Shown piece by piece: positions 10,192 through 20,059 of a DNA stretch of 37,384 nt. Every line of letters starts with the position of its first letter. The first letter of the stretch is position 1. The position numbers and the translations under genes are program-made. Origin of the DNA: Propionibacteriaceae bacterium (GTDB taxonomy: Bacteria > Actinomycetota > Actinomycetes > Propionibacteriales > Propionibacteriaceae); NCBI GenBank assembly GCA_035641435.1, contig DASQUF010000491.1:1-37384 (forward strand). Direction: 5' to 3'. The notes beneath the pieces are model-generated. The model was not told where the DNA came from and did no database searches. It saw nothing but the letters and a program-made list of their open reading frames with translations.

Positions 10192-11597
10192 CCGCACCAG
10201 CCGGCGACGGCGAGTTCCGCATCGAACGCGACACCATGGGCGAGGTCCGGGTACCGGCCACCGCGCTGTACCGGGCGCAGACCCAGCGCGCAGTGGAGAA
10301 CTTCCCGATCTCCGGCGTGCCCATCGACCCGGCCCTGATCTCGGCGCTGGGGCTGATCAAGGGTGCCGCGGCCCAGACCAACGCCCAGCTCGGGGTGCTG
10401 AGTGCTGAGCGGGCGGCGGCGATCGAGAAGGCGGCCGGAGCGGTGGCGGCCGGTCAGCGCCACGAGCACTTCCCCATCGACGTCTTCCAGACGGGTTCCG
10501 GCACCTCCAGCAACATGAACGCGAACGAGGTGATCGCGTCCCTGGCCAGCGAGCTGCTCGGCGAGCCGATCCATCCCAACGACCACGTCAACGCGTCCCA
10601 GTCCAGCAACGACGTGTTCCCCAGCGCGATCCACATCGCGGCAACCCAGAGCCTGCTGACCGGCCTGGTACCGGCCCTCCGCCACCTCGAGCAGGCCCTG
10701 GCCGCCAAGGCGGAGGAGTTCGCCGAGGTGGTCAAGAGCGGTCGAACGCACCTGATGGACGCCACGCCGGTCACCTTGGGCCAGGAGTTCGGCGGGTACG
10801 CGACCCAGGTCCGGTATGGCATCGAGCGGGTCGAGGCCACCTTGCCCCGGGTCGCCGAGCTGCCGCTGGGCGGCACGGCGGTGGGCACCGGGATCAACAC
10901 CCCGCCGGGGTTCGCCGCCTCGGTGATCTCGATCATCGTTCGGGAGACCGGGCTGCCGCTGACCGAGGCCCGCGACCACTTCGAGGCCCAGGGAGCCCGG
11001 GACGGGCTGGTCGAGGCTTCCGGCGCGCTGCGCACCATCGCGGTCAGCCTGACCAAGATCGCCAACGACCTGCGCTGGATGGGCTCCGGGCCGCGGGCCG
11101 GACTCGGTGAGATCGCCCTGCCGGACCTCCAGCCCGGCTCGTCGATCATGCCCGGCAAAGTAAACCCGGTGATCTGCGAAGCGACCACGATGGTCTGCGC
11201 CCAGGTGATCGGCAACGACGCCGCGGTGGCCTTCGCGGGGGCGTCCGGCAACTTCGAGCTGAACGTGATGCTGCCGGTGATGGCCCGCAACCTGCTCGAG
11301 TCGATCCGGCTGCTCGCCAACGTCAGCCGGCTGCTGGCCGACCGGTGTGTGTCCGGGATCGTCGCCAACGTCGAGCACTGCCGGGCCCTGGCCGAGTCGT
11401 CGCCGTCGATCGTCACACCGCTGAACCGCTACCTGGGATACGAGAATGCCGCGGCGGTGGCCAAGAAGGCGCTGGCGGAAAACCTGACGATCCGGGAGGT
11501 CGTGCTGCGGTCCGGCTACGTCACCGACGGCAGCATCACCGAGGACCAGCTCGACGCCGCCCTGGACGTCCTGGCCATGACCAAGCGGCCGTCCTAA
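10188..11597 (+). CDS. fumC: Class II fumarate hydratase
   Basis: [40 protein letters not shown]. Confidence 0.96.
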   Translation: MTAPAGDGEFRIERDTMGEVRVPATALYRAQTQRAVENFPISGVPIDPALISALGLIKGAAAQTNAQLGVLSAERAAAIEKAAGAVAAGQRHEHFPIDVFQTGSGTSSNMNANEVIASLASELLGEPIHPNDHVNASQSSNDVFPSAIHIAATQSLLTGLVPALRHLEQALAAKAEEFAEVVKSGRTHLMDATPVTLGQEFGGYATQVRYGIERVEATLPRVAELPLGGTAVGTGINTPPGFAASVISIIVRETGLPLTEARDHFEAQGARDGLVEASGALRTIAVSLTKIANDLRWMGSGPRAGLGEIALPDLQPGSSIMPGKVNPVICEATTMVCAQVIGNDAAVAFAGASGNFELNVMLPVMARNLLESIRLLANVSRLLADRCVSGIVANVEHCRALAESSPSIVTPLNRYLGYENAAAVAKKALAENLTIREVVLRSGYVTDGSITEDQLDAALDVLAMTKRPS

Positions 11598-11616
11598 CGC
11601 GACCGCGTCCGGCGCG

Positions 11617-11731
11617 AGCTGCGAGCGTCGGAAATCGCGCGCCGCCGAGCGGAGGAGGAGCGCGTGAACAACGCTTTTCCGTTTACGCGCGACGACGACG
11701 TCGGCGGGGTAGAGCGCGATGCGCGAGCAGC
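11617..11731 (+). repeat. Dispersed structured repeat, copy 1
   Basis: Both arms nearly identical to the reverse complement of 15711-15821; internal inverted repeats. Confidence 0.9.
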
Positions 11732-11735
11732 AGGA

Positions 11736-12446
11736 TCAATACCATCCGTGCGCCCGCTTGAAGGACCAAGCGGCGCAGGGGCTGCCGTAGCGGTCCTCCA
11801 TGTATCCGATGGCCCAGATGATCTGGGTGGCTGGGTTGGTCCGCCAGTCGCTGCCGACGCTGGCCATCTTCGACCCAGGCAGGGCCTGCGGGATCCCGTA
11901 CGCGCCCGAGCTCGGGTTGGTCGCGTCGATGTCCCACATGCTCTCGCGGATGATGATGTTGTTGAAGCAGTCGAACTCGGACTCGCCGTAGCCGTACTTG
12001 TTCTTCAGGATCTGCCGGGCGATCTCGCGCGGGTCAGTGGTGCCGGGCAGGTAGCCGCGGTTCGCCAGCGCCCGCTCGCGCTCCGCCGCTTCGGCGGCGG
12101 CCTTCTTGGCGGCCGCTCTCAGCTTGACGTGCTCGGCGGAGATGGCCTTGGTCCGGTCGCTCAGCCACGAGGACCTCTTGGCAGCCTGCTTCGCCGCCTT
12201 GACCCGGATCCGCTCGGCCCTCGCGGCGGCGACATCATGCTTCCGGGCCCGCTGCACCGCCAGCCGGAGCTCCGCGTCGCCGCGGGCGGCGGCCACGGCA
12301 GGGTCTGGGGTTGCGGAGGTGGACACGGCCGGCACGGCGGTCGCTACGTCGTCAGCGGCCGGGCTGCTCAGGCCCACCACGCTGATCGCGCTGACCACGG
12401 CAACGAAACCCACCCCGGCCAGGGCGTGCTGGGCGAGACGGCGCAC
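11736..12446 (-). CDS. Secreted lytic transglycosylase-domain protein
   Basis: Signal-like N-terminus, Ala/Lys-rich helix, RESMW..ATNPSSGAYGIPQALPGSKM..WRTNPATQI..RYGSPC..GWY. Confidence 0.88.
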   Translation of the reverse strand: MRRLAQHALAGVGFVAVVSAISVVGLSSPAADDVATAVPAVSTSATPDPAVAAARGDAELRLAVQRARKHDVAAARAERIRVKAAKQAAKRSSWLSDRTKAISAEHVKLRAAAKKAAAEAAERERALANRGYLPGTTDPREIARQILKNKYGYGESEFDCFNNIIIRESMWDIDATNPSSGAYGIPQALPGSKMASVGSDWRTNPATQIIWAIGYMEDRYGSPCAAWSFKRAHGWY

Positions 12447-12497
12447 GGTCGCTACCTTCGCACACGCCGTTATCGAAACGAAATAATCACGCCGTAA

Positions 12498-12513
12498 CGT
12501 GAGACACGTCTCA
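12498..12513. promoter_or_regulatory. Candidate CRP/GlxR-type binding site
   Basis: CGTGA-N6-TCTCA vs consensus TGTGA-N6-TCACA (8/10), upstream of the transglycosylase gene. Confidence 0.45.
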
Positions 12514-12536
12514 GCCCAGGGGAGTGACCGTCGTGG

Positions 12537-13841
12537 TCACACTGTGATGTCCTCCAGCATCTCGGTCACCAGTGCGGCGATCGGCGAGCGCTCCGAGCGG
12601 TGCAGCGTGATGTGCGCGAACAGCGGGTGTCCCTTCAGCTTCTCCACCACCGCGACCACTCCGTCGTGCCGGCCCACCCGCAGGTTGTCCCGCTGGGCCA
12701 CGTCGTGGGTGAGCACCACGCGCGAGTCCTGGCCGATCCGGCTGAGCACGGTGAGCAGCACGTTGCGCTCGAGCGACTGGGCTTCGTCGACGATGACGAA
12801 CGCGTCGTGCAGTGAGCGGCCCCGGATGTGGGTGAGCGGCAGCACCTCGAGCAGCCCCCGCTCCACCACCTCGTCGAGGACCACCTTCGAGGTGACCGCG
12901 CCCAGGGTGTCGAAGACGGCCTGGGCCCAGGGCGCCATCTTCTCCCCCTCGGTGCCCGGCAGGTAGCCGAGCTCCTGCCCGCCGACCGCGTACAACGGCC
13001 GGAAGACGACCACCTTGGCGTGCTGCCGCCGCTCCAGCACCGCCTCCAGCCCCGCGCACAGGGCGAGGGCGGACTTGCCGGTCCCCGCCCGACCGCCGAG
13101 CGAGACGATGCCGATCGAGGGGTCGAGCAGCAGGTCGAGGGCAACCCGCTGCTCGGCGGAACGGCCGTGGATGCCGAACGCGTCCCGGTCGGCCTTGACG
13201 AGCTTGAGCTCCTTGTTCGGCGTCACCCGGCCCAGCGCCGAGGCCTTGCCGCTGAGCAGCACCACCCCGGTGTGACAGGGCAGGCCGCGGGCCTGGTCCA
13301 GGTCGACAGTGCCCACCTCGTACAGCCGGTCCAGATCGGCCGGCGCGATGTCGACCTCCGCCATCCCGGTCCACTCGCTCTCCACCGCCAGCTCCGCACG
13401 GTACTCCTCCGCGGTCAGCCCAACGGCCGACGCCTTGACCCGCATCGGCAGGTCCTTCGACACCAGGGTCACGTCGCGGCCCTCGGCCGCGTAGTTGAGC
13501 GCAACCGCCAGGATCCGGGAGTCGTTGTCCCCCAGCCGGAAACCAGGCGGCAGGATCTCCGAATCGGTGTGGTTGAGCTCCACGTGGACCGTGCCGCCCT
13601 GGTCGTTGACGGGGACCGGGGCGTCCAGCCGGCCGTGCGCGATGCGCAGGTCGTCCAGCAGCCGTAGGGCGGTGCGGGCGAAGTAGCCCAGCTCGCTGTG
13701 ATGCCGCTTGGCCTCCAGCTCGGTGATCACCACCACCGGGAGGACGACGTCGTGCTCGGCGAACCGGCGCAGGGCCTGCGGGTCACTCAACAGGACCGAG
13801 GTATCGATGACGTAGGTGCGGGTGGGGGATGCAGAAGACAC
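12537..13841 (-). CDS. phoH2: PIN-PhoH (PhoH2) protein
   Basis: PIN motifs YVIDTSVLL and DNDSRIL; PhoH ATPase [25 protein letters not shown]. Confidence 0.93.
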   Translation of the reverse strand: MSSASPTRTYVIDTSVLLSDPQALRRFAEHDVVLPVVVITELEAKRHHSELGYFARTALRLLDDLRIAHGRLDAPVPVNDQGGTVHVELNHTDSEILPPGFRLGDNDSRILAVALNYAAEGRDVTLVSKDLPMRVKASAVGLTAEEYRAELAVESEWTGMAEVDIAPADLDRLYEVGTVDLDQARGLPCHTGVVLLSGKASALGRVTPNKELKLVKADRDAFGIHGRSAEQRVALDLLLDPSIGIVSLGGRAGTGKSALALCAGLEAVLERRQHAKVVVFRPLYAVGGQELGYLPGTEGEKMAPWAQAVFDTLGAVTSKVVLDEVVERGLLEVLPLTHIRGRSLHDAFVIVDEAQSLERNVLLTVLSRIGQDSRVVLTHDVAQRDNLRVGRHDGVVAVVEKLKGHPLFAHITLHRSERSPIAALVTEMLEDITV

Positions 13842-14002
13842 GAGATGCCCCTTCTTGGGAGCCGTACGCGGTTCGCGCCCGGCCCCACGGTTACGTGGTG
13901 GACCGGGTCGGATACCGCCAACCGGTTCTCACCGGCAGTCGGGCCGTCGAGCGACGGTGCATGCATCGCCTCCCAGGCGGGCCGCACACCCTGCGGCTCG
14001 CC
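13842..14002 (-). promoter_or_regulatory. Putative structured 5' leader of phoH2
   Basis: TACCGT -10-like hexamer (14008-14013, minus) followed by four hairpins and a closing stem ending just before the RBS. Confidence 0.55.
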
Positions 14003-14095
14003 CCTCGACGGTACGTCCGCGGTGGGCTCGCGGTGAAGAGGCACGCCGCTTCTTCATCGGATCGCAAAGTCCCCGAAACCCGGCGGACGGGGCCC

Positions 14096-14905
14096 TCAGC
14101 GGCCGAACCGACGCTCCCGCTGACCGTACGAGCGCAGCGCACGGATGAAGTCCACCTTGCGGAAGTCCGGCCACAGGGCCTCGCAGAAGTAGAACTCGCT
14201 GTGCGCCGACTGCCACATCAAGAACCCCGAGAGCCGTTGCTCACCCGACGTGCGGATGATCAGGTCCGGGTCGGGCTGGCCCTTGGTGTAAAGGTGCTCG
14301 GCGATCTGGTCGATATCCAAGGTCTCGGCCAGCTCGGAGATCGGGGTGCCTTGGCGGGCCTCCTCGGCGAGCAGCGAACGGACCGCATCCCGCAGCTCGT
14401 GCCGGCCACCGTAGGAGACGGCGATGTTGACCAGCATCCCGTCCAGGTCGGCGGTGTCCTCGTCGGCCGCCTTGAGCCGCGTCGCCGATTCCTTCGGCAG
14501 CAGGTCCAGCGCGCCCACCGGGTGTACCCGCCAGCGCCGGGTGGCGGCCAGGTCGGTCACCATCTGCTCGATCACCGCGAGCAGCGGCTCGAGCTCCTCG
14601 GCGCCACTGCGCGCGAAGTTGTCGGTGGAGAGCACCCACAAGGTGACCACCGGGATGCCGATCTCGTCACACCACTCGACGAACTCCTTGAGCTTGTCGG
14701 CTCCGGCCTGGTACCCCGCCACCAACGGCTGACCCGGCGCATTCGTCCGCGCCCAGCGCCGGTTTCCGTCGGCCAGAACGGCCACGTGCCGCGGCAGCCG
14801 GGCGTGGTCCAGCTCCGCGATCAGCCGGTGCTCGTAGGTCGCGTACAGCAGGCCGGAAGGGTGCAGCCGGTCAACGAACTCGCGAAACCGGTCAAGGCGG
14901 GCCAC
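14096..14905 (-). CDS. cis-isoprenyl diphosphate synthase (short-chain, Rv1086-like by context)
   Basis: PRHVAVLADGNRRWA, LSTDNF, SYGGRHE, PDLIIRTSGEQRLSGFLMWQ; GTG start 14905. Confidence 0.92.
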   Translation of the reverse strand: MARLDRFREFVDRLHPSGLLYATYEHRLIAELDHARLPRHVAVLADGNRRWARTNAPGQPLVAGYQAGADKLKEFVEWCDEIGIPVVTLWVLSTDNFARSGAEELEPLLAVIEQMVTDLAATRRWRVHPVGALDLLPKESATRLKAADEDTADLDGMLVNIAVSYGGRHELRDAVRSLLAEEARQGTPISELAETLDIDQIAEHLYTKGQPDPDLIIRTSGEQRLSGFLMWQSAHSEFYFCEALWPDFRKVDFIRALRSYGQRERRFGR

Positions 14906-14955
14906 GGACGGCAAGCGTATCTCCGGCACCGGGAGTTGTCCGGAAGGATGGAAAG

Positions 14956-14995
14956 ACCTACCCTGAAACCTACGGTTCCGTAACCTACGGTCCGT
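14956..14995. promoter_or_regulatory. Candidate operator between isoprenyl transferase and hemolysin III genes
   Basis: AACCTACGGT twice at 15-bp period (14967, 14982); palindrome TACGG-TT-CCGTA. Confidence 0.55.
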
Positions 14996-15027
14996 CAAGC
15001 AAGCCCCGTCCAGCGTGAAGGAGAAGC

Positions 15028-15711
15028 ATGCCGACGACCGAGGTGGAGTCATCACCGGCGCAGGAGGTGGCGCAAGCGGTCAAGCCTCGACTGCGCGGCT
15101 GGCTGCACGCCGGCGCGGCCCCGCTCGCCCTGGCCGCCGGGATCGTGCTGGTCGCCCTTGCCCCCACCGGGCTGGGCCGACTGGGTGGCGGGGTCTTCCT
15201 CGTGGCGTCGGTGCTGCTGTTCGGGACCAGCGGGATCTACCACCGGGGCACCTGGGGACCGCGGGCCGACGGCATCCTCCGCCGGCTGGACCACGCCAAC
15301 ATCTACGTCTTCATCGCTGCGACCTACACCCCGCTCGCCCTGCTCCTGCTCTCCGGCCGCTCCCGTGTGCTGCTGCTCGGCCTGGTCTGGGGCGCGGCCG
15401 TCGGCGGCCTGACCTTCCGGCTGGTCTGGCTGTCGGCGCCGCGCTGGCTCTACACCGCGCTCTACATCGTGATGGGCTGGGCCGCCCTGGGCTGGCTGGG
15501 GGCCTTCTACGCCAACGGCGGGCCCGCGGTGCTCATCCTGATCCTGGCCGGGGGGCTCTGCTACACCGTTGGCGCGGTGGTCTACGGCCGGCGCCGACCC
15601 AACCCATTTCCGGACTGGTTCGGCTTCCACGAGATCTTCCACACCGGCACGCTCGGCGGCTTCGTCTGCCACTACATCGCCATCTCACTCGCGACGTACC
15701 AGTCGGTCTAG
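15028..15711 (+). CDS. Hemolysin III/PAQR (TrhA-like) membrane protein
   Basis: KPRLRGWLH, SGIYH, RRLDHANIY..IAATYTP, GFHEIFH. Confidence 0.93.
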   Translation: MPTTEVESSPAQEVAQAVKPRLRGWLHAGAAPLALAAGIVLVALAPTGLGRLGGGVFLVASVLLFGTSGIYHRGTWGPRADGILRRLDHANIYVFIAATYTPLALLLLSGRSRVLLLGLVWGAAVGGLTFRLVWLSAPRWLYTALYIVMGWAALGWLGAFYANGGPAVLILILAGGLCYTVGAVVYGRRRPNPFPDWFGFHEIFHTGTLGGFVCHYIAISLATYQSV

Positions 15712-15821
15712 CTGCTCGCGCATCGCGCTCTACGCCGCCGACGTCGTCGTCGTTCATGCAGGAAAGCGCCTGCACTCACTCCTCCTCCGCTCGGCGGCGC
15801 GCGATACCGACGCTCGCAGCT
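15711..15821 (-). repeat. Dispersed structured repeat, copy 2
   Basis: Inverted copy of 11617-11731; ends TAGCTGC...GCAGCTA overlap the TAG stops of both flanking genes. Confidence 0.9.
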
Positions 15822-17823
15822 ATGCGAGCTGATCGACTAGCTCCTCGACCGAGGTCACCGGCAACTTGCAGACGAACCCTCGGCACACGTACGCCGTGGC
15901 CCGGCCGTCGCGCACCGGCCGGTCGGCCAGCAGCGCGAAGCCCAGCTGGTCCGGCTCCCCGGCCAGCACCACGGAGCCGGCCGGTGCCTGCCGCCAGGCC
16001 GCCCGCACCAGGTCGGCGCGGGCCCGGTCATGGGGACCGACGATCGCGACCTGCACCGGCCTACGCGCCGGCAACGCGCTGATCGCGTCGGCCAGCAGCC
16101 AGCCGGCGAACCGCGGCGCCTGCGCGGCCAGCCCACCGACACTGGCCGCGGCCCGGTCCGCCCGGTCCGCGTACGCCGCCTCCCCGGTCAGCTCGGCCAG
16201 CAGCCGCAGCGCGTGTATCGCAGCGCTGAGCCCGGACGGGGTCGCGTTGTCGGTCGGGTCATGTGGCCGGGTGTACATCCTCTCTGCATCGGCAGCCGTG
16301 TCGAAGAAACCTGCTCCGCCGTCGTCGAACTGCTCCAGCAGCACCGCCACCAGCGACCGCGCCCGGTCCAGCCAGCCGGCGTCTCCGGTCGCCGACGCCA
16401 GCCGAACGGCGGCCTGAGCCAGGGCGGCGTAGTCCTCGGCGATTCCCGGCGCGCTCCCCGGACGGTCGTCGCGGGACGCCCGACGCAGTCGGCCGTCCTG
16501 CCAGTGCAGACGCCAGACCGCCTCCGCGGCCTCGGCGGCGGTCGCCAGCCACTCCGGGCGGTCGAACACCATCGCCGCCGAAACGAGAGAGTCGACCAGC
16601 CAGCCGTTCCAGGCGGCCACAACCTTGTCGTCCCGGGCGGGCCGGGCCCGCTTCGCGCGGGCCTCGCGGAGCCGGTCCCGTAGGAACGCGAGCCGTGCCG
16701 GATCAGCCGGGTCGACCGGGAGCTGCAAGGTCGAGGCACCGGCCTCGAAGGTGCCGTCCGGAGTCACCCGGAAAACCTCGGCCGCCCAGGCGCCGTCCTC
16801 CTCCCCCAGCACCTCCACGAGCTGGCTCGGGGTCCAGACGTAGTACGCACCCTCGTGCAGGTGTCCGTGCGGGTCCAGCGAGTCGGCGTCCAGACTGGCG
16901 GCGAATGCCCCCTCGGGCGTACGCATCTCGGTGAGCAGCCAGTCGACGGTCTCAGCCACCACCCTCATCGCCAGCGGGTCCTCGGTGCGCCGCCACCAGT
17001 GGGTGTACGCGCCCAGCAGCAACGCATTGTCGTAAAGCATCTTCTCGAAGTGCGGCACCACCCAGTCGGCGTCGACGCTGTAGCGCGCGAAGCCCCCGCC
17101 CAGCTGGTCGTAGATGCCACCGCGGGCCATCGCCGTCGCGGTCCGCGCCACCATGGTCATCGCCGGCTCGCCGCCGTCGCGGAGCAACGCCTCCAGCACC
17201 ATGGACGGAGGGAACTTGGGTGCGCCGCCGAAGCCGCCCGTCGCGGCGTCGAACTCGCCCTGCAGCCGCGTCACCGCCGCCGCACAGTCCTGCTCGGTCA
17301 GCGTCCCCGGGACCGGACCGATCCGCCGCTTGGCCAGCTCGCCGACGATCGTCGAGGCGCTGCGGTGCACCTCGTCGCGGCGCTCGTCCCACGCGTCGGT
17401 GATCGCGCCCAGCACCTGCTGGAACGAGGGCATGCCGTGCCGCGGCGCCGGCGGGAAGTAGGTGCCGGCGTAGAAGGGCAGCCGCTCCGGCGTCAGGAAC
17501 ACACTCATCGGCCAGCCGCCGTGCCCGGTCAGTCCCTGCGTCGCCTGCATGTAGACCGCGTCCACGTCCGGACGCTCCTCGCGGTCGACCTTGATCGAGA
17601 CGAAGCGCTCGTTGAGCACCTGCGCGGTTCCCGGGTCCTCGAAGGACTCATGGGCCATCACGTGGCACCAGTGACAGGCCGCGTACCCCACCGACAAGAA
17701 GACCGGCACCTCGCGCCGGGCCGCCTCGGCGAACGCCTCCTCACCCCACTCGAACCAGTCGACGGGGTTGTCGGCGTGCTGACGCAGGTATGGGCTCAGC
17801 GAGTCCTTCAGCCGGTTCGCCAT
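15820..17823 (-). CDS. Thioredoxin-domain protein, YyaL/SSP411 family
   Basis: [55 protein letters not shown]. Confidence 0.94.
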   Translation of the reverse strand: MANRLKDSLSPYLRQHADNPVDWFEWGEEAFAEAARREVPVFLSVGYAACHWCHVMAHESFEDPGTAQVLNERFVSIKVDREERPDVDAVYMQATQGLTGHGGWPMSVFLTPERLPFYAGTYFPPAPRHGMPSFQQVLGAITDAWDERRDEVHRSASTIVGELAKRRIGPVPGTLTEQDCAAAVTRLQGEFDAATGGFGGAPKFPPSMVLEALLRDGGEPAMTMVARTATAMARGGIYDQLGGGFARYSVDADWVVPHFEKMLYDNALLLGAYTHWWRRTEDPLAMRVVAETVDWLLTEMRTPEGAFAASLDADSLDPHGHLHEGAYYVWTPSQLVEVLGEEDGAWAAEVFRVTPDGTFEAGASTLQLPVDPADPARLAFLRDRLREARAKRARPARDDKVVAAWNGWLVDSLVSAAMVFDRPEWLATAAEAAEAVWRLHWQDGRLRRASRDDRPGSAPGIAEDYAALAQAAVRLASATGDAGWLDRARSLVAVLLEQFDDGGAGFFDTAADAERMYTRPHDPTDNATPSGLSAAIHALRLLAELTGEAAYADRADRAAASVGGLAAQAPRFAGWLLADAISALPARRPVQVAIVGPHDRARADLVRAAWRQAPAGSVVLAGEPDQLGFALLADRPVRDGRATAYVCRGFVCKLPVTSVEELVDQLA

Positions 17824-17925
17824 GCCTTCACCCTGCCATCCACCGCCGTTGGCGCGTTCCGCGGCATTCGACGCGCGTATGCCCGGCAGCCCGGCGAACT
17901 ACGAAGAGGGCCCTCGCGGTCGGCG

Positions 17926-18138
17926 TCACTCCGTCGGCGGATCCTCCCGCTTCGGGGCGTCCTCCGACGGCGGTGGCGTCGACTCGTCAGCCTCGTCCTC
18001 GCGCGGGATGCTGATCTTGCGGAACTGCCTGCGCATGCTGAAGAACAGCAGGACCACGGCGATCCCGAGCAGCACCGTAACGATCAGCGGCGTCCATCCC
18101 GGCTTGACCACGTCGGGGTCGAGCTCGAGCAGGGTCAT
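17926..18138 (-). CDS. Small single-TM hypothetical protein
   Basis: VKPGW + TM + SMRRQFRKI; ATGA overlap with the mca stop. Confidence 0.75.
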   Translation of the reverse strand: MTLLELDPDVVKPGWTPLIVTVLLGIAVVLLFFSMRRQFRKISIPREDEADESTPPPSEDAPKREDPPTE

Positions 18139-19082
18139 GCCGAAACCCTACCCACCTCCGCCGACGTGAGGCGGTCGCGATCGGCCGGAACCGCGATGCC
18201 GGCGAACAGGTCGTCCTCGGGTAGCGGCGCGTCGACCAGGCTGCGGACCCGCTGCCAGTCCTCGGTCGGCCAGACGCTCTTGTGCAGGTCGAGCGGCACC
18301 GAGAACCACGGACCCTCGGGGTCTACCTGGGTCGCATGCGCGAGCAGCGCCCGGTCCCGGACGTCGAAGTACTCCGCGCAGGGCACCCGGGTGGTGATCC
18401 GGGACGCCTGCTCCGGGTCATCCGGCCAGTCGCGGAGCCGCTCAGCGTACGGCGACTCCAGGCCGCGCTCGGTCATCGCCTGGTCCAAGGCCGCCATCCG
18501 GGCACGGTGGAACGTGAAGGAGTAGTACAGCTTGAGTGTCTGCCACGGTGCGCCCAGCTCCGGGTACGCGTCCGGGTCGGCGGCGGCGTCGAACGCCGCA
18601 AGGCTGATCTTGTGGCACATGACGTGGTCGGGATGCGGGTAGCCGCCGTTCTCGTCATAGGTGGTCAGCACGTGCGGCTGGAACTGCCGGATGACTTTGA
18701 CCAGCGGCGCGACCGCCTCGTCGAGATCCACCCGGGCGAAGCAGCCGTCGGGCAACGGCGGCAGCGGGTCCCCCTCGGGCAGCCCGGAGTCGACGAAACC
18801 CAGCCAGACCTGCTCGACGCCGAGAATCTCCCGCGCCCGGTCCATCTCGGCCCGCCGGATCGCACCTATGTTGGCCAGCACATCCGGACGGTCCATGGCC
18901 GGGTTGAGGATGGAGCCGCGCTCACCCCCGGTACAGGTCGCGACCACCACCTCGGCACCCTCGGCGATGTACTTGGCGGTGGTCGCCGCCCCTTTGCTCG
19001 ACTCGTCGTCGGGATGAGCGTGCACGTGCAGCAGCCGCAGGCGCTCGCCCTGGCGGTCCACCCGCAGCGGAGGCTGGGTCAT
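18135..19082 (-). CDS. mca: Mycothiol conjugate amidase
   Basis: HAHPDDESSKGAAT, TGGERG, TYDENGGYPHPDH, AHATQVDP; start 19082 or 19091. Confidence 0.95.
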   Translation of the reverse strand: MTQPPLRVDRQGERLRLLHVHAHPDDESSKGAATTAKYIAEGAEVVVATCTGGERGSILNPAMDRPDVLANIGAIRRAEMDRAREILGVEQVWLGFVDSGLPEGDPLPPLPDGCFARVDLDEAVAPLVKVIRQFQPHVLTTYDENGGYPHPDHVMCHKISLAAFDAAADPDAYPELGAPWQTLKLYYSFTFHRARMAALDQAMTERGLESPYAERLRDWPDDPEQASRITTRVPCAEYFDVRDRALLAHATQVDPEGPWFSVPLDLHKSVWPTEDWQRVRSLVDAPLPEDDLFAGIAVPADRDRLTSAEVGRVSA

Positions 19083-19121
19083 GGGCGCCATGGTGCCACG
19101 GGAGGTGAGGACAATAGGGCC

Positions 19122-19517
19122 ATGTCCGACGCCGCCGAGCGCCTGCGGTTGCGCTACCCACCGTCTCGGGTCCCGCGACCACTGCTCATCGTCCTGGTCG
19201 CGGTCGGCGCGATAGTGGGGCTGGCCTGGCTGATCTGGGCGGCCTGGTTCCACTCAACCCCCGCGGTCGCCAGCCAGATGTCGGGCTTCCGGGTGATCTC
19301 CGACACGGAGATCGTCGTCACGCTGACCGTGGACCGGCGCGATCCGGCCCAGCCCGTGACCTGCCGGGTGCTGGCGCAGGATGACGACTTCGCCGCCGTC
19401 GGTGAGCAGCAGGTCCAGGTGCCTGGCGCCTCGGCCCGGGTGGTGAACACCGAGGTGAGGTTGGTCACGCTGCGTCGGGCGATGACCGCCTCAGTCAAGG
19501 GCTGCGAAATTTCCTAG
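19122..19517 (+). CDS. DUF4307 domain protein
   Basis: TM helix, C.VLAQDDDFAAVG, C-terminal GC; conserved position between mca and greA. Confidence 0.85.
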   Translation: MSDAAERLRLRYPPSRVPRPLLIVLVAVGAIVGLAWLIWAAWFHSTPAVASQMSGFRVISDTEIVVTLTVDRRDPAQPVTCRVLAQDDDFAAVGEQQVQVPGASARVVNTEVRLVTLRRAMTASVKGCEIS

Positions 19518-19552
19518 GGCGGCGAGATGCGCGGCCTTGATACCGTGGTCGG

Positions 19553-20059
19553 ATGTCGGAGAACGCTACCCAGACCGTCTGGTTGACCCAGGAGGCCTAC
19601 GACAAGCTGCAGCGTGAGCTGGACCAGCTCACCGGTCCCGGTCGCGCCGAGGTCACGGCCAAGATCGCGGCCGCGCGCGAGGAAGGTGACCTCCGGGAGA
19701 ACGGTGGCTACCACGCGGCCCGGGACGAGCAGGGTCAGCAGGAGGCCCGGATCCGGCAGCTGACCGACATGCTGGGCCGGGCGCAGGTGGGTGAGGCGCC
19801 AGCGGCCAGTGACGAGGTAGCCCCCGGCACCAAGGTCACCGTCGCCTTCGACGGGGACGAGTCCGACACCGACACCTTTGTACTCGGCTCGCGTGAGCTG
19901 CTGGGGCTGGACACCGACGCGCCCAACGTCTACAGCCCGCAGTCCCCTCTCGGCGCGGCGATCCTGGGACTTCGTCCCGGAGACGAGGCATCGTACGCCG
20001 CCCCGAACGGCCGGTCGATCAACGTCACGGTGATCAAGGTCGAGCCCTTCGGTGGCTGA
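19553..20059 (+). CDS. greA: Transcription elongation factor GreA
   Basis: WLTQEAYDKL, AREEGDLRENGGYHAA, YSPQSPLG. Confidence 0.97.
   Translation: MSENATQTVWLTQEAYDKLQRELDQLTGPGRAEVTAKIAAAREEGDLRENGGYHAARDEQGQQEARIRQLTDMLGRAQVGEAPAASDEVAPGTKVTVAFDGDESDTDTFVLGSRELLGLDTDAPNVYSPQSPLGAAILGLRPGDEASYAAPNGRSINVTVIKVEPFGG

Noticed and set aside
13787-14044. 85-aa minus-strand ORF upstream of phoH2 as a possible antitoxin
   Set aside because: It starts upstream of the inferred -10 element, overlaps phoH2 out of frame and has no recognisable fold; RNA structure explains the region better. Not fully excluded.
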